A DNA stretch of 59,562 nt from Acidimicrobiia bacterium (GCA_041742825.1 JBGTNX010000062.1:1-59562); one strand, 5' to 3'; counted from the stretch's first letter, positions 1 to 9,344 are shown. A program made the numbers and translations. Notes: a model not told the origin generated them from the sequence alone.

Positions 1-309
1 AAGACGATCGAAGTCGACAAGCCGAACAAGATCCGCGCCGTCGTGAGGGGTGACCTCGTGGGCACCGGGACCTATCACCTCGATGCGAACGGATCAGGCA
101 CCCATGTGAGGTTCAACTGGTATGTGTCAACGACCCAACCGTGGATGAACGTCGCCGGAGTGCTCGCCCGGCCGTTACTCGCCTGGTCCCATCACCATGT
201 CATGCGCGAGGGCTGCAAGGCAATCGCCCTGCATCTGGGCGCGGAGCTGATCTGGGCGCGAACTGATCTGGTCGGCTCGCCCACGCCGGTAGCAGCGGGT
301 CAGCAGTAG
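1..309 (+). CDS. SRPBCC/polyketide cyclase-like protein, 5'-truncated by window edge
   Basis: Frame open from base 1 (KTIEVDKPNKIRAVVRGDLVGTGTYHL...VRFNWYVSTTQPWMN...WSHHHVMREG), resembling actinobacterial SRPBCC C-termini. Confidence 0.65.
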   Translation, partial: KTIEVDKPNKIRAVVRGDLVGTGTYHLDANGSGTHVRFNWYVSTTQPWMNVAGVLARPLLAWSHHHVMREGCKAIALHLGAELIWARTDLVGSPTPVAAGQQ

Positions 310-390
310 GTTCGGATGCGCCAGAGAATCACTCGCCAAGGGCCGACCCCGTAACGATTTCGGGACGATCTCCGAGGAGAATCACACATC

Positions 391-1977
391 ATGTTCATGA
401 GAAAGCGGTCGAAGGGGAGCCAGACCAACGGGCAGTCCGTCCCAACTCCCGAGACCCCTAGCCAGACGCTCGACCCCATCGAGATACCTCCCGGTGACGT
501 CCTGGAGACACTGCTTCTGTCTGCCGGAGGGCCTGTCGAGCTGTCGTCGATCGAAGCCGAGTCGGACGCCATCGATCGGCTCCGCGCGGAAGGTATCGAG
601 TTGGTGGTGCCTTTGATCGGGCAGGGGGAGCTGCTCGGAGCGCTTTATCTGGGCCAGCGACTGTCAGACCAGCCCTATTCGACCGACGATCGTCGTCTAC
701 TCGGAAATCTCGCTGCTCAGGTTGCCCCGGCGATGAAGGTGGCCCAGTTGGTGCGCGAGCAGCAGGCTGAGGCCAAGGAGAGAGAACGCATTCAACAAGA
801 GCTCGAAGTCGCGGCACTGATCCAGCAGACCTTGCTCCCCAAGGAATTGCCTTCGATAAACGGCTGGAACGTGGACGCCTTTTACAGGCCGGCTCGAGCC
901 GTCGGCGGTGATTTCTACGATTTCATCGACCTGGGCAATTCCCGGCTTGGCGTTGTGATCGGGGATGTGACTGACAAAGGTGTTCCGGCGGCCCTCGTGA
1001 TGGCCACTTGCAGAGCGATGTTGCGGGCGGCAGCCTTCAACCACGAGTCGCCTTCGGCGGTGCTGGCTGACGTCAACAATGCGTTGGTGCCCGAGATTCC
1101 CCCGGCAATGTTCGTGACATGTCTCTACGCGATCATCGACACCGATGTCGGCGGGGTGGTATTTGCTAACGCCGGGCACAATCTGCCCTACGTTCGGACC
1201 GCTGATGGGGTAATCGAGCTGCGGGCGACAGGAATGCCGCTCGGGCTGATGCCGGATATGGGCTACGACGACAAGATTTACGAGCTATCTGCCGGTGACA
1301 TCATGGTCCTAACCAGCGACGGAATCACCGAGGCCCACAACCCGGACGGTGAGATGTACGGCTTTTCCCGGGTCATGGGGCGGGTCGCCGCCATTACCAA
1401 GAATGACGACATGGTCAACTCCCTCGTCGGCGATCTGGAGAGGTGGACAGGCACGGAGGCCGAGCAGGAAGACGACATCACTCTCGTGGTGGTGCGCAGG
1501 ACGGCATCTGCCGAGGGTTCGGCTGCGGTTTTCCATACTGATGGAGGAGAGCGGCTGCTCGCCGAGTTCAGCCTTCCCAGCGTCGAAGGGAATGAGCGTC
1601 TGGCCATAGAAAAGGTGTCAGCGGCATTGGCCGGGTTCGGTCTAAACGCGACTCGGCTCGAGCGTCTGAAGACCGCAGTCGGAGAAACGGTAATGAATGC
1701 GATCGAACACGGAAACGACAACGACGACTCACTTGACGTGGGCATTCGAGTAATAGCGGACACCAGTCGGGTTGTGGTGAGGGTCACGGACCACGGGGGG
1801 GACAAGGAGATCCCCGAGGCGGCTACCCCTGACATCGAAGCCAAGCTGGCCGGCGAGCAGACCCCCAGGGGTTGGGGCCTGTTCCTGATTGGCGAGATGG
1901 TGGATGAAGTCAACCGCGTCCGGGAGAACGGCTCTCGTGTCGTCGAGCTGGTTATGAACCGGGAAGGAGAAGCATGA
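391..1977 (+). CDS. SpoIIE/RsbU-type PP2C phosphatase fused to RsbW-type anti-sigma kinase (HATPase_c), with N-terminal GAF-like segment
   Basis: PP2C motifs VGGDFYD, IGDVTDKG, TSDGITEA, QEDDIT; C-terminal AVGETVMNAIEHG, VTDHG, RGWGLFLI; SD GAGGAG upstream. Confidence 0.9.
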   Translation: MFMRKRSKGSQTNGQSVPTPETPSQTLDPIEIPPGDVLETLLLSAGGPVELSSIEAESDAIDRLRAEGIELVVPLIGQGELLGALYLGQRLSDQPYSTDDRRLLGNLAAQVAPAMKVAQLVREQQAEAKERERIQQELEVAALIQQTLLPKELPSINGWNVDAFYRPARAVGGDFYDFIDLGNSRLGVVIGDVTDKGVPAALVMATCRAMLRAAAFNHESPSAVLADVNNALVPEIPPAMFVTCLYAIIDTDVGGVVFANAGHNLPYVRTADGVIELRATGMPLGLMPDMGYDDKIYELSAGDIMVLTSDGITEAHNPDGEMYGFSRVMGRVAAITKNDDMVNSLVGDLERWTGTEAEQEDDITLVVVRRTASAEGSAAVFHTDGGERLLAEFSLPSVEGNERLAIEKVSAALAGFGLNATRLERLKTAVGETVMNAIEHGNDNDDSLDVGIRVIADTSRVVVRVTDHGGDKEIPEAATPDIEAKLAGEQTPRGWGLFLIGEMVDEVNRVRENGSRVVELVMNREGEA

Positions 1978-2312
1978 TGTCGGAAGAAGGACTCGAGACG
2001 ATCGTCCAGGTCAACGGGAATAAAGCCGTCGTCGGATTGAGTGGCACGGTCAATCGTGGCGCCAAGGAGAAGATGGAAGCTGCCTACGTGGAGGCGTCAG
2101 CTGCCCCCGGTGAGATCGTCCTCGACTTTTCGAGAGTCGACTACATCAACTCCACAGGGATTGCGGTGATCGTCGGCGTGCTGGCGATGGCCAGGGCAGA
2201 CGACCGGCAGGTATCCGCCTTCGGTCTCACCGATCACTACCGGGAAGTCTTTGAGATCACCCGTCTCGCCGACTTCATGAACATTCGCGAAGACGCCTCA
2301 ACGGCTGATTGA
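1974..2312 (+). CDS. STAS-domain anti-sigma factor antagonist (RsbV-like)
   Basis: LDFSRVDYINSTGI phospho-Ser motif, EVFEITRL; ATGA overlap with upstream gene. Confidence 0.9.
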   Translation: MMSEEGLETIVQVNGNKAVVGLSGTVNRGAKEKMEAAYVEASAAPGEIVLDFSRVDYINSTGIAVIVGVLAMARADDRQVSAFGLTDHYREVFEITRLADFMNIREDASTAD

Positions 2313-2323
2313 AGGGAGCGACT

Positions 2324-2668
2324 ATGCCTACATCCAACTTGACTATGGACATTCGAGAAGTAGCCGACGGGGTTCGTGTCATCGACGTGCACGGAGAGAT
2401 CACCTCCTTCTCAGATCCACAGATCACCGAAGCCCACAAGAAGGCTGGCGACGGCGCCTCCGCCGTCATTCTCAACTTCGATGATCTCGAATATATGAAC
2501 AGTGGCGGCATCGGGTTGCTGGTCACGACGCTCATCCGAGCGCAAAGGGCAGGTCACGACCTGCGCGCTTACGGTCTCAATGATCATTACCGCCAGATCT
2601 TCACTCTGACCCGTCTCGACGAGGCGATCAGCATCCACGACGACGAGCGCTCGGCCATCGCCGGCTGA
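2324..2668 (+). CDS. Second STAS-domain anti-sigma factor antagonist
   Basis: LNFDDLEYMNSGGIG, QIFTLTRLD; ATG at 2324 after SD GGGAG. Confidence 0.9.
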   Translation: MPTSNLTMDIREVADGVRVIDVHGEITSFSDPQITEAHKKAGDGASAVILNFDDLEYMNSGGIGLLVTTLIRAQRAGHDLRAYGLNDHYRQIFTLTRLDEAISIHDDERSAIAG

Positions 2669-2679
2669 ATCCGCCCGGC

Positions 2680-4068
2680 TCAGTCGAGGGCGGCGCGCAC
2701 CGCGTGGTACCCGCACATCCCGTGCACGCCGGCGCCGGGAGGGGTTGCGGAGGAGCACAGGTAGACGCCCCCGCCCAGGTCATAAGGCGCCTTGTTCCCT
2801 AGTTGGAGTACCTTGCGCAAGCCATATCGGCCCCCGCCGATGTCGCCCCCTATGTAGTTCGGGTTGTATTGCTCATATGCCATGGCATTGCGCGATGAAC
2901 GGTCCAGGACGAGGTCGCGGAAACCTGGAGCGAAACGCTCGATCTGGCTCTCGATGGCCTCAGTCATGTCCACCCTCGACCCGTTGGGGACATGGCAGTA
3001 TCCCCAGGCGGTGTGTTTGCCGGCCGGGGCGCGGGTCTCGTCGAATAGAGACTGCTGGGCCAGGAGCACGAACGGCCGTTCGGGATGCTCACCACGGGCC
3101 ACCGAACGCTCGGCCGTTGCTATCTCCTCGTATGTGCCCCCGATATGGACGGTTGCTGTTCGCGAGCTCAAGGGATCGGCCCAGGGGATGGGGCCGTCGA
3201 GGGCCCAGTCGACCTTGAAGACCCCGGGGCCCGGTTTCCATCTGGAGAGTCGTCGGGCGTTGGCATCTGAGATCCGGCCCCGGGCAAGCGCTCTCGCGGC
3301 CGGGGGCATCACATCGAGAAACACCAGACCCGCCGGGAGTTCGTGGATCGACGTCACCCCGCGACCCAGTTCGACCTCACCACCCAAATCCACGAACCGA
3401 GCGAGGAGGGCGTTTGCGATGCCCTGTGACCCACCGCGAACGAGGGGCCAGCCGTGGCTGTGGGCGATCGCACCAAGCATGAGCCCGACGGCAGCGGTTG
3501 CCGGGGCATGAAAAGGCGCAATCGCATGGGCCGAGATGCCAGCGATCAGAGCCTTGCCCTCGTCGGTGCTGAAGCGCTTGGCGAGCAACGCCGCAGGAAG
3601 ACCACCGATCAGCGCTAGACGGGCGAAGGCAACTTTGTGCTCGGGGATGAGGGTGACTGGTCCAAGCGCCGATCCCACCATCTCGTCGATGTCCTCGACC
3701 AACGGCTTCATGATTGCCTCGTACTTCGAGCCGTCTTCACCGAGGGCGGAGGCGGTCTCTGAGACAGATCGATGCAGCGCGGCGACCCGGCCGCCTTCGA
3801 GGGGATGTGTGAGCGGAATTGGTGAATGTACCCAGTCAACCTCGAGGCCGATCTCGTTGAGATACGGCGAAGCGATGGCGGCAGGATGAATGGCGGAGCA
3901 CACGTCGTGTTTGAAGCCGGGCAGGGTGGACTCTGCGGTCCGGGTCCCCCCGCCAACCTCGTCCGCCGCCTCCACGAGGAGAGTCCTCTTGCCTGACCGG
4001 ACTAGTTCGATTGCCGCCGCCAGGCCGTTGGGCCCCGCGCCGACGACCGTGGCTTCGAAGTCTGACAT
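2680..4068 (-). CDS. Phytoene dehydrogenase-like NAD(P)/FAD-dependent oxidoreductase
   Basis: VVGAGPNGLAAA Rossmann motif, HDVCSAIHP, C-terminal YLCSSATPPGAGVHGMCG. Confidence 0.85.
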   Translation of the reverse strand: MSDFEATVVGAGPNGLAAAIELVRSGKRTLLVEAADEVGGGTRTAESTLPGFKHDVCSAIHPAAIASPYLNEIGLEVDWVHSPIPLTHPLEGGRVAALHRSVSETASALGEDGSKYEAIMKPLVEDIDEMVGSALGPVTLIPEHKVAFARLALIGGLPAALLAKRFSTDEGKALIAGISAHAIAPFHAPATAAVGLMLGAIAHSHGWPLVRGGSQGIANALLARFVDLGGEVELGRGVTSIHELPAGLVFLDVMPPAARALARGRISDANARRLSRWKPGPGVFKVDWALDGPIPWADPLSSRTATVHIGGTYEEIATAERSVARGEHPERPFVLLAQQSLFDETRAPAGKHTAWGYCHVPNGSRVDMTEAIESQIERFAPGFRDLVLDRSSRNAMAYEQYNPNYIGGDIGGGRYGLRKVLQLGNKAPYDLGGGVYLCSSATPPGAGVHGMCGYHAVRAALD

Positions 4069-4169
4069 CAGCCTGATTGTGCCCGATGACGCGTTACGAG
4101 AAGGTCATCTAGTGGTTCGTAACGCTTCGGGAACGCCCCCTCTGTACAAATCCACCATAAGGAGGAGTT

Positions 4170-4850
4170 GTGACAGAACCGAGAAACTTCGAGAACTGGG
4201 CCAAGCCGATAGAGACATTCCATGTCGAGGAGACTGTCGAAGGAGCTCATCGCGGAAACGTTGAAGGCAGGAAACCGACCGGGCCGATGCAAGGGTTCGG
4301 CCAGCTTTGGCAGAAGACATACGAGGTTGCGATCCCCGGTCCGACCCCGGAGCTCGTGATCCAAACCTGGAAGGAGCACTTCGGTGACTTCTGGTATCCG
4401 TCGAACAAATTCTATGCGCCCGCTGCTGGCATCGCGCCTGGAGAGATCGCGGTCATCGCGGGGGGACGGGGCCCGACGAAGGTGACCACCGGCGTTCGTG
4501 TCATCTACGCCGACGAGACGTCGTGGTCGTACATGACTCCGGAAGGTCATCCATGGGCAGCCATCATCACCTTCAGCGCCCATCAGGAGGCATCGACCAC
4601 AACCGCCCGTATCCATCTCCTGGTCCGGGCAAACGACCCTCTCTATGAGGCGTCATTCCGGGTGTACACCTCCCGTCTCGAGGACAAGATATGGAATCAC
4701 ACCCTCGGAAAGCTAGCCGGTCACTTCGGCAGCACCGAGCCTGTCCGTGTGGAAGCCGTTCTCATAGACCGGAAGCGCCAATGGCGGCATTTCGGCAACA
4801 TATGGAAAAACTCGGCAGTAAGGACACTGCTGCACCGCGATCGTCACTGA
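4170..4850 (+). CDS. Conserved hypothetical protein (possibly DUF1990/SRPBCC-like fold)
   Basis: 226-aa ORF with strong SD AGGAG before GTG; globular composition (GFGQLWQKTY, YMTPEGHPW). Confidence 0.65.
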   Translation: MTEPRNFENWAKPIETFHVEETVEGAHRGNVEGRKPTGPMQGFGQLWQKTYEVAIPGPTPELVIQTWKEHFGDFWYPSNKFYAPAAGIAPGEIAVIAGGRGPTKVTTGVRVIYADETSWSYMTPEGHPWAAIITFSAHQEASTTTARIHLLVRANDPLYEASFRVYTSRLEDKIWNHTLGKLAGHFGSTEPVRVEAVLIDRKRQWRHFGNIWKNSAVRTLLHRDRH

Positions 4851-4987
4851 AGACACGAAGAGAAGCGAGCCGCTGGCGAGGCCGGCGAACACCGATCTCG
4901 TGGAAATCCGGACGGGCGGGATTCGCCGGTCGCCCGGCCAACCGCGGTTCGGTGTCCCGGCCGATGCGCTCCGGAAACCCGGGCGAT

Positions 4988-7300
4988 TCAGGCGGTGACT
5001 TTGCTGGCGATCTGCAACCCCAACTCGGCCGCTTCCATCTCGACCGTGGGGCTCGGGACTACGTGGAATGTGTCAATGACTTCGCCCTCGCGGCTGTCGA
5101 GCTTGGCGAGCCGGATTTCGAGATCGAAGGCCTCCAGAACGCCAAGGATCTCGGCCAGCCTCCCGATGCGGTCGGAGCACTTCACAGTCAATACCAGGTC
5201 GCCGGTCGCAGGGTCGGTCGAGACATCGACGCTGGGCCTGGGGCGGGGTAGTTCCGACGTCGCATACGCGGCGGCACGCACAGCGACTTTGTCGTCGGTG
5301 TCGAGTTCCCCGCGCAGGCTGGCTCCGAGATCGTCTCGAACCCGCTCCCACCGCCCACCCGAGACCACCCCACCGGTGCGATCGTCCCTGACCCGGAACG
5401 AGTCAACCGCAAGACCGTCGGACCGGCCAAACATCCGGGCCTCCAACACGTCGACTCCGTTGGCAGCGAACACAGCTGCGACGATGCGACGAAAGCCCGG
5501 GACTGTGGGCCCCACAACGACCGCTGTCTCGAAGTGGGCTCTGACGCTCACTGCCAGGTTGGAAACCCCCACCAGGTCCTGGATCAGTTCGAGATGCCAG
5601 AGAGCATCTTCGACTGTGAGGCTGCGCAGATAGTCGTCGGGCATCATGTCGAGATGATCCCGCATTGCATCTGCCGCCTCGCCGGACCTGGCCAGCACCT
5701 CCTGCCGGGTGACTCCTCCGACGTCGCCGGTGGCCACCTCGCTACCGAATCTGGCCGCGCACCTCACGAACAGCGTTTTGAGCAAGATCGCTTTCCAGTT
5801 GTTCCACATCGAAGGGCCCGTCGCCCTGGAATCGGCGACAGTGAGCAGATAGAGCACCTGAAGCTGCTGGAGGCTTCCCACTTTTGATACGACTTCGTCG
5901 ATCACAGCCGGATCATCGAAATCACGTCTGGTCGCGGTCAGCGGCAAGAGAAGGTGGTGCCTCACCGCACCCACCAGGAGCTCGGTTGACTCGGCGTCGA
6001 GACCCATCCGTTTCGCAAACGCAGCAGCGATCCCGGCGCCGACCGTTGCATGTTCACCGCCGTGGCCCTTGCCGATGTCGTGCAGGAAGGCGGCAAGTCG
6101 GAGCAGTCGGGGCCGGTCCAACTCGAGCCCGACCCGACCGAGCAGGCCTTCGTCAGCCAGGATGATGCCCATCTCGGATACGGCCCGCCACAGATGAGCC
6201 GCGACCGGGTGCTGGTGGAATGGCTCGAGCTGGGGGAGGTTGGCGATTACGCCCCACTCAGGGAGCACATCTACGAGGTGTCCCTGCTCCCAGAGGCTGT
6301 CGAAGACGGCTCTCCCGCGGTCATCCGCCTCCAGGATTCGGTCGATGTCGTCGATCGTTGGCGCCGCGCCAGGATCGATCAACTCAGGTGAGTAGGTGGC
6401 GCGAGACCAGGCCCTGCGAACTGCAGGACCCGGTCGGGCTTCAAGGACCTCCGGCCATGCACGTTCAGCGAGCCGGTCGATCGATTGCATCGCGGTCGTG
6501 AGGCGTTCCGCTGTCTCGAATGTGTCGCGCCCGAGCCAACGCGCAACCGGCTCGCGGAGGTCGGGCGAGAACACGTCGTGGGCCCTGCCGGCGACGACAT
6601 GCAATGCATTGCGAACCTGGAGAAGAACCTCGAGGACAATGTCTTCCGCTTCCTCGTGTTGGGTGGAGAATCTACCGATCAGCTCCTGACGCCGGCGCTC
6701 CCAGCCGAAGCCCTGCAACACCCGCAGACCGCCGCGACCGGTCTTGACGTTGACAGACATGAGGCGAAACGGGGCTTCGGCGCGTCGTTCTCGCTCGGCA
6801 TCCACGAGGTACGAACGCAAGGGCCTTGCCTTCGTCACCCGGGTGACTGCGTCCATCATCTGGTCGAAGAGCTCCTCGGAACCGGTGACCAGACGACTTG
6901 TCAAGAGCGTCGTTTGGGTGTCGAATCTCTCTCGGGCGGCCTCCGAGGCCTCCCGGACTGTGCGCACCGAGTGCCCGACGCGGAGCTTTGCATCCCACAA
7001 GGGGCGGAATAGATCAGATGCCGCCGCCGAGGGGTCTCCTCCCGTGTGAAGGAGCATCAAGTCGACATCGGAGTAGGGGCTGAGCTCACCTCTGCCGTAC
7101 CCGCCGAGGGCAACGACCGACATCGGTGCCGATTCCCGGGCAACCAGCGTCGACAATGCACGGTCGAGGCTCGAGGTCAAGGCCGCACACACTTCAAGCC
7201 CTCCGTTGCCGATGCGCTTGTGATGCAGCGAATCACGGAGGTCGATGAAGTCGGAGAGGAACAGGTTCCCCGGGTCAGATGGCGTCGGCGCCCCGTTCAC
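4988..7300 (-). CDS. glnD: [Protein-PII] uridylyltransferase/adenylyltransferase GlnD
   Basis: NTase motif ALGGYGRGELSPYSDVDL, HD domain (HDIGKG), two C-terminal ACT domains (DRIGRLA, VIDTF); directly after PII gene; start (GTG 7300) uncertain. Confidence 0.9.
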   Translation of the reverse strand: MNGAPTPSDPGNLFLSDFIDLRDSLHHKRIGNGGLEVCAALTSSLDRALSTLVARESAPMSVVALGGYGRGELSPYSDVDLMLLHTGGDPSAAASDLFRPLWDAKLRVGHSVRTVREASEAARERFDTQTTLLTSRLVTGSEELFDQMMDAVTRVTKARPLRSYLVDAERERRAEAPFRLMSVNVKTGRGGLRVLQGFGWERRRQELIGRFSTQHEEAEDIVLEVLLQVRNALHVVAGRAHDVFSPDLREPVARWLGRDTFETAERLTTAMQSIDRLAERAWPEVLEARPGPAVRRAWSRATYSPELIDPGAAPTIDDIDRILEADDRGRAVFDSLWEQGHLVDVLPEWGVIANLPQLEPFHQHPVAAHLWRAVSEMGIILADEGLLGRVGLELDRPRLLRLAAFLHDIGKGHGGEHATVGAGIAAAFAKRMGLDAESTELLVGAVRHHLLLPLTATRRDFDDPAVIDEVVSKVGSLQQLQVLYLLTVADSRATGPSMWNNWKAILLKTLFVRCAARFGSEVATGDVGGVTRQEVLARSGEAADAMRDHLDMMPDDYLRSLTVEDALWHLELIQDLVGVSNLAVSVRAHFETAVVVGPTVPGFRRIVAAVFAANGVDVLEARMFGRSDGLAVDSFRVRDDRTGGVVSGGRWERVRDDLGASLRGELDTDDKVAVRAAAYATSELPRPRPSVDVSTDPATGDLVLTVKCSDRIGRLAEILGVLEAFDLEIRLAKLDSREGEVIDTFHVVPSPTVEMEAAELGLQIASKVTA

Positions 7301-7613
7301 TGGTACGGATCCGTACCACCTCCTCGACTGCCACCACGACAATCTTGCCGTCCCCGATGTCCCCGGTATGCGCCGCCGACTCGATGGCGGCTACGGCCGG
7401 CGCCGCCAGCTCGTCGGTGATAATGACTTCGAGCCGCACTTTGGGCACGAACTCAACGTGGTACTCGGCACCCCGGTAGACCTCGGTCTGGCCTCCCTGG
7501 CGGCCGAAACCGGAGACGTCGCTGACCGACATGCCGGAGACACCGAGGGCCTTCAGAGAGTCCCGCACCTCCTCGAGCTTGAAGGGCTTGATAAAGGCGA
7601 TGATCAGTTTCAT
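7275..7613 (-). CDS. glnK: P-II nitrogen regulatory protein GlnK/GlnB
   Basis: IKPFKLEEV, GFGRQGG, T-loop YRGAEY (Tyr51), TGDIGDGKI, 112 aa. Confidence 0.95.
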   Translation of the reverse strand: MKLIIAFIKPFKLEEVRDSLKALGVSGMSVSDVSGFGRQGGQTEVYRGAEYHVEFVPKVRLEVIITDELAAPAVAAIESAAHTGDIGDGKIVVVAVEEVVRIRTSERGADAI

Positions 7614-7777
7614 TCAGCTGTCCTTTCGAGCGTTGACCGTAGAGGCGCCTTTGGATTTTCTCGCATCGTCGGCCTTCCTGTCAGTGGCCGGCGAGGGTGC
7701 CGCTGCCGCTTGTGTACGCCGCCTCCCTGTGTTCGGCCAGGTCTCCTCAGAAACCGACTGGTTGTTGCCGGCGCATC

Positions 7778-7828
7778 GTTTCGAGGCAATGTTTCAGCAA
7801 TGTTTCTGGTTGCAAAAGAGATCGTGAA
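7778..7828 (-). promoter_or_regulatory. Putative GlnR box upstream of glnK-glnD
   Basis: Minus strand TTCAC(7828)...GAAAC(7806)-n6-GAAAC(7795) in 11-bp phase, then a further GAAAC; resembles the GTNAC-n6-GAAAC GlnR consensus. Confidence 0.55.
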
Positions 7829-7862
7829 CAGGGACGCACCGCAGCCGGTTCCAGGAACGGTG

Positions 7863-8260
7863 TTACTTGGTGCCGGGAGGGCCGGTCAGCACGGAGGGCG
7901 TGTACTCGAGGAGTTGGATACGACCATCGAACGTCCGGTGGGCGATCATTTCGAGAGCGACGTCGGGGTTACCATCGTAAATCCGGTCTTGCCCGGTTCT
8001 GCCGGTGATAACGGGAAACACGACGACCCGGAACCGGTCGACCAGTCCGGCCTGCAGGAGGGAACGGCAGAGAGAGACGCTTCCGAGGGTGCTCATGTTG
8101 ACGCCGTTCTGTTTCATTTCCTCGACAGCCTTCACTGCATCGCCCGTTTCCAGTCGGGTATTTGCCCATGCCAACGGTGACTCCAGTGTCGAGGAGAAGA
8201 CCACCTTCGAAGTCGCGGTGAGTTCATCTAGTGCCCCCGCCTCCTCACCTGTATTCTCCT
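7863..8260 (-). pseudogene. 5'-truncated dihydrofolate reductase-family (RibD_C) gene
   Basis: C-terminal half only (SKVVFSSTLESPLAW, GSVSLCRSLLQAGLVDRFRVVVFPVITG); N-terminal SLDG motif absent. Confidence 0.7.
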
Positions 8261-8262
8261 CG

Positions 8263-8466
8263 GACCCGCTCCTGAGCACTCTCACCGACAGAGAGACTGA
8301 AGTCCTGGCGCTGGTCGGTAGGGGTCTGTCCAACGATGAGATCGCCGAGGAGCTGTTCATGGGCCCTGCCACTGCCCGCACTCACGCGTCCCGGTCAATG
8401 ACCAAGCTCAATGCTCGCGCATGGCGCAACTCGTCGTGATCGCTTTTTCGATCCGGACTCGCTTAG
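8263..8466 (+). pseudogene. Remnant of NarL/LuxR-family response regulator (HTH only, frameshifted)
   Basis: LTDRETEVLALVGRGLSNDEIAEELFMGPATARTH; the expected AQLVVIAF...SGLA tail continues in shifted frames; no receiver domain or start. Confidence 0.75.
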
Positions 8467-8477
8467 CGGTCAACGGG

Positions 8478-9125
8478 TCATGAGCCCGAGCGTGTGAACG
8501 TCAGATGTGTAACGCCGCTGGGCGAGGAGGTGTTCTCGATTTGGAAGGTTTTCTCGAGGCCTTCCAGCCCGTCCCAGAGGCGTACACCCCGGCCGAGCAG
8601 GATGGGCACCACCGCGATGTGCATGTGGTCGATGAGGTTGGCGGAAAGGAAGTCACGGAGCATCGTTACACCGCCGCCGATGCGGACGTCCAACCCGTCC
8701 GCTGCCTCGCGTGCAGTCTCCAGCGCCTCCGCCGGGGAAGCAGCGATGAAGTGGAATGTCGTTCCACCTTCCATCTCGATTGACGGGCGCACATGGTGGG
8801 TGAGGATGAAGGTTGGTGTGTGGAACGGCGGGTTGAGGCCCCACGGGCCCTTCCATTCGGGTTCGTCGTGCCATCCCGGCGGGCCGAACTTTCCGGCACC
8901 CATGATCTCGGCTCCGACTCCCGGACCGTGTTGCCGGACGAAGACATTGTCGACGCCGCGAGTGCCGCCGGGCTCGCCGACCATCTCGGCCCACCACCGG
9001 GTGGCCATCATCCATTCGTGCAGCCTGTCGCCGGCGTGGCCGAAGTATGCCTCGCGACTCAGACCCTCCCCTGTACCGAAGCCGTCGAGGGAGATGGAGA
9101 AGTTGTGGACGCGGGCAAGTGACAT
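8478..9125 (-). CDS. Dihydrofolate reductase-family (RibD_C) protein
   Basis: NFSISLDGFG, GAEIMG, IGGG, VPILLGRG; SD AAGGAG. Confidence 0.85.
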   Translation of the reverse strand: MSLARVHNFSISLDGFGTGEGLSREAYFGHAGDRLHEWMMATRWWAEMVGEPGGTRGVDNVFVRQHGPGVGAEIMGAGKFGPPGWHDEPEWKGPWGLNPPFHTPTFILTHHVRPSIEMEGGTTFHFIAASPAEALETAREAADGLDVRIGGGVTMLRDFLSANLIDHMHIAVVPILLGRGVRLWDGLEGLEKTFQIENTSSPSGVTHLTFTRSGS

Positions 9126-9242
9126 GGCCTTATGCTCCTTTGCTGCTCTGGTGTTGCCCGAGTTTGCCCGATCACATCACCTGGAAGCAATTGAGTCAAC
9201 AATGACGACTGATCGCGATTCGCCTGTCCACGATTCTGATTG

Positions 9243-9315
9243 TGGTCAGGGACGGCGTCGATCCGTCGACCTCCGGTTTTTCAGACCGGCGCTCTACCGA
9301 CTGAGCTACCTGACC
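9243..9315 (-). tRNA. tRNA-Phe(GAA)
   Basis: GGTCAGG/CCTGACC acceptor stem, anticodon arm CCGGT-CTGAAAA-ACCGG, T-arm GACGG-ATCGACG-CCGTC; CCA not encoded. Confidence 0.93.
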
Positions 9316-9344
9316 TCCCAAACCGAACCCCGGAGGGATTCGGT

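Noticed and set aside
7620-7780. Possible ANTAR dual-hairpin motifs (CAAAGGCG, GACGATGC) in the glnK leader
   Set aside because: Stems are only 1-2 bp; not supportable
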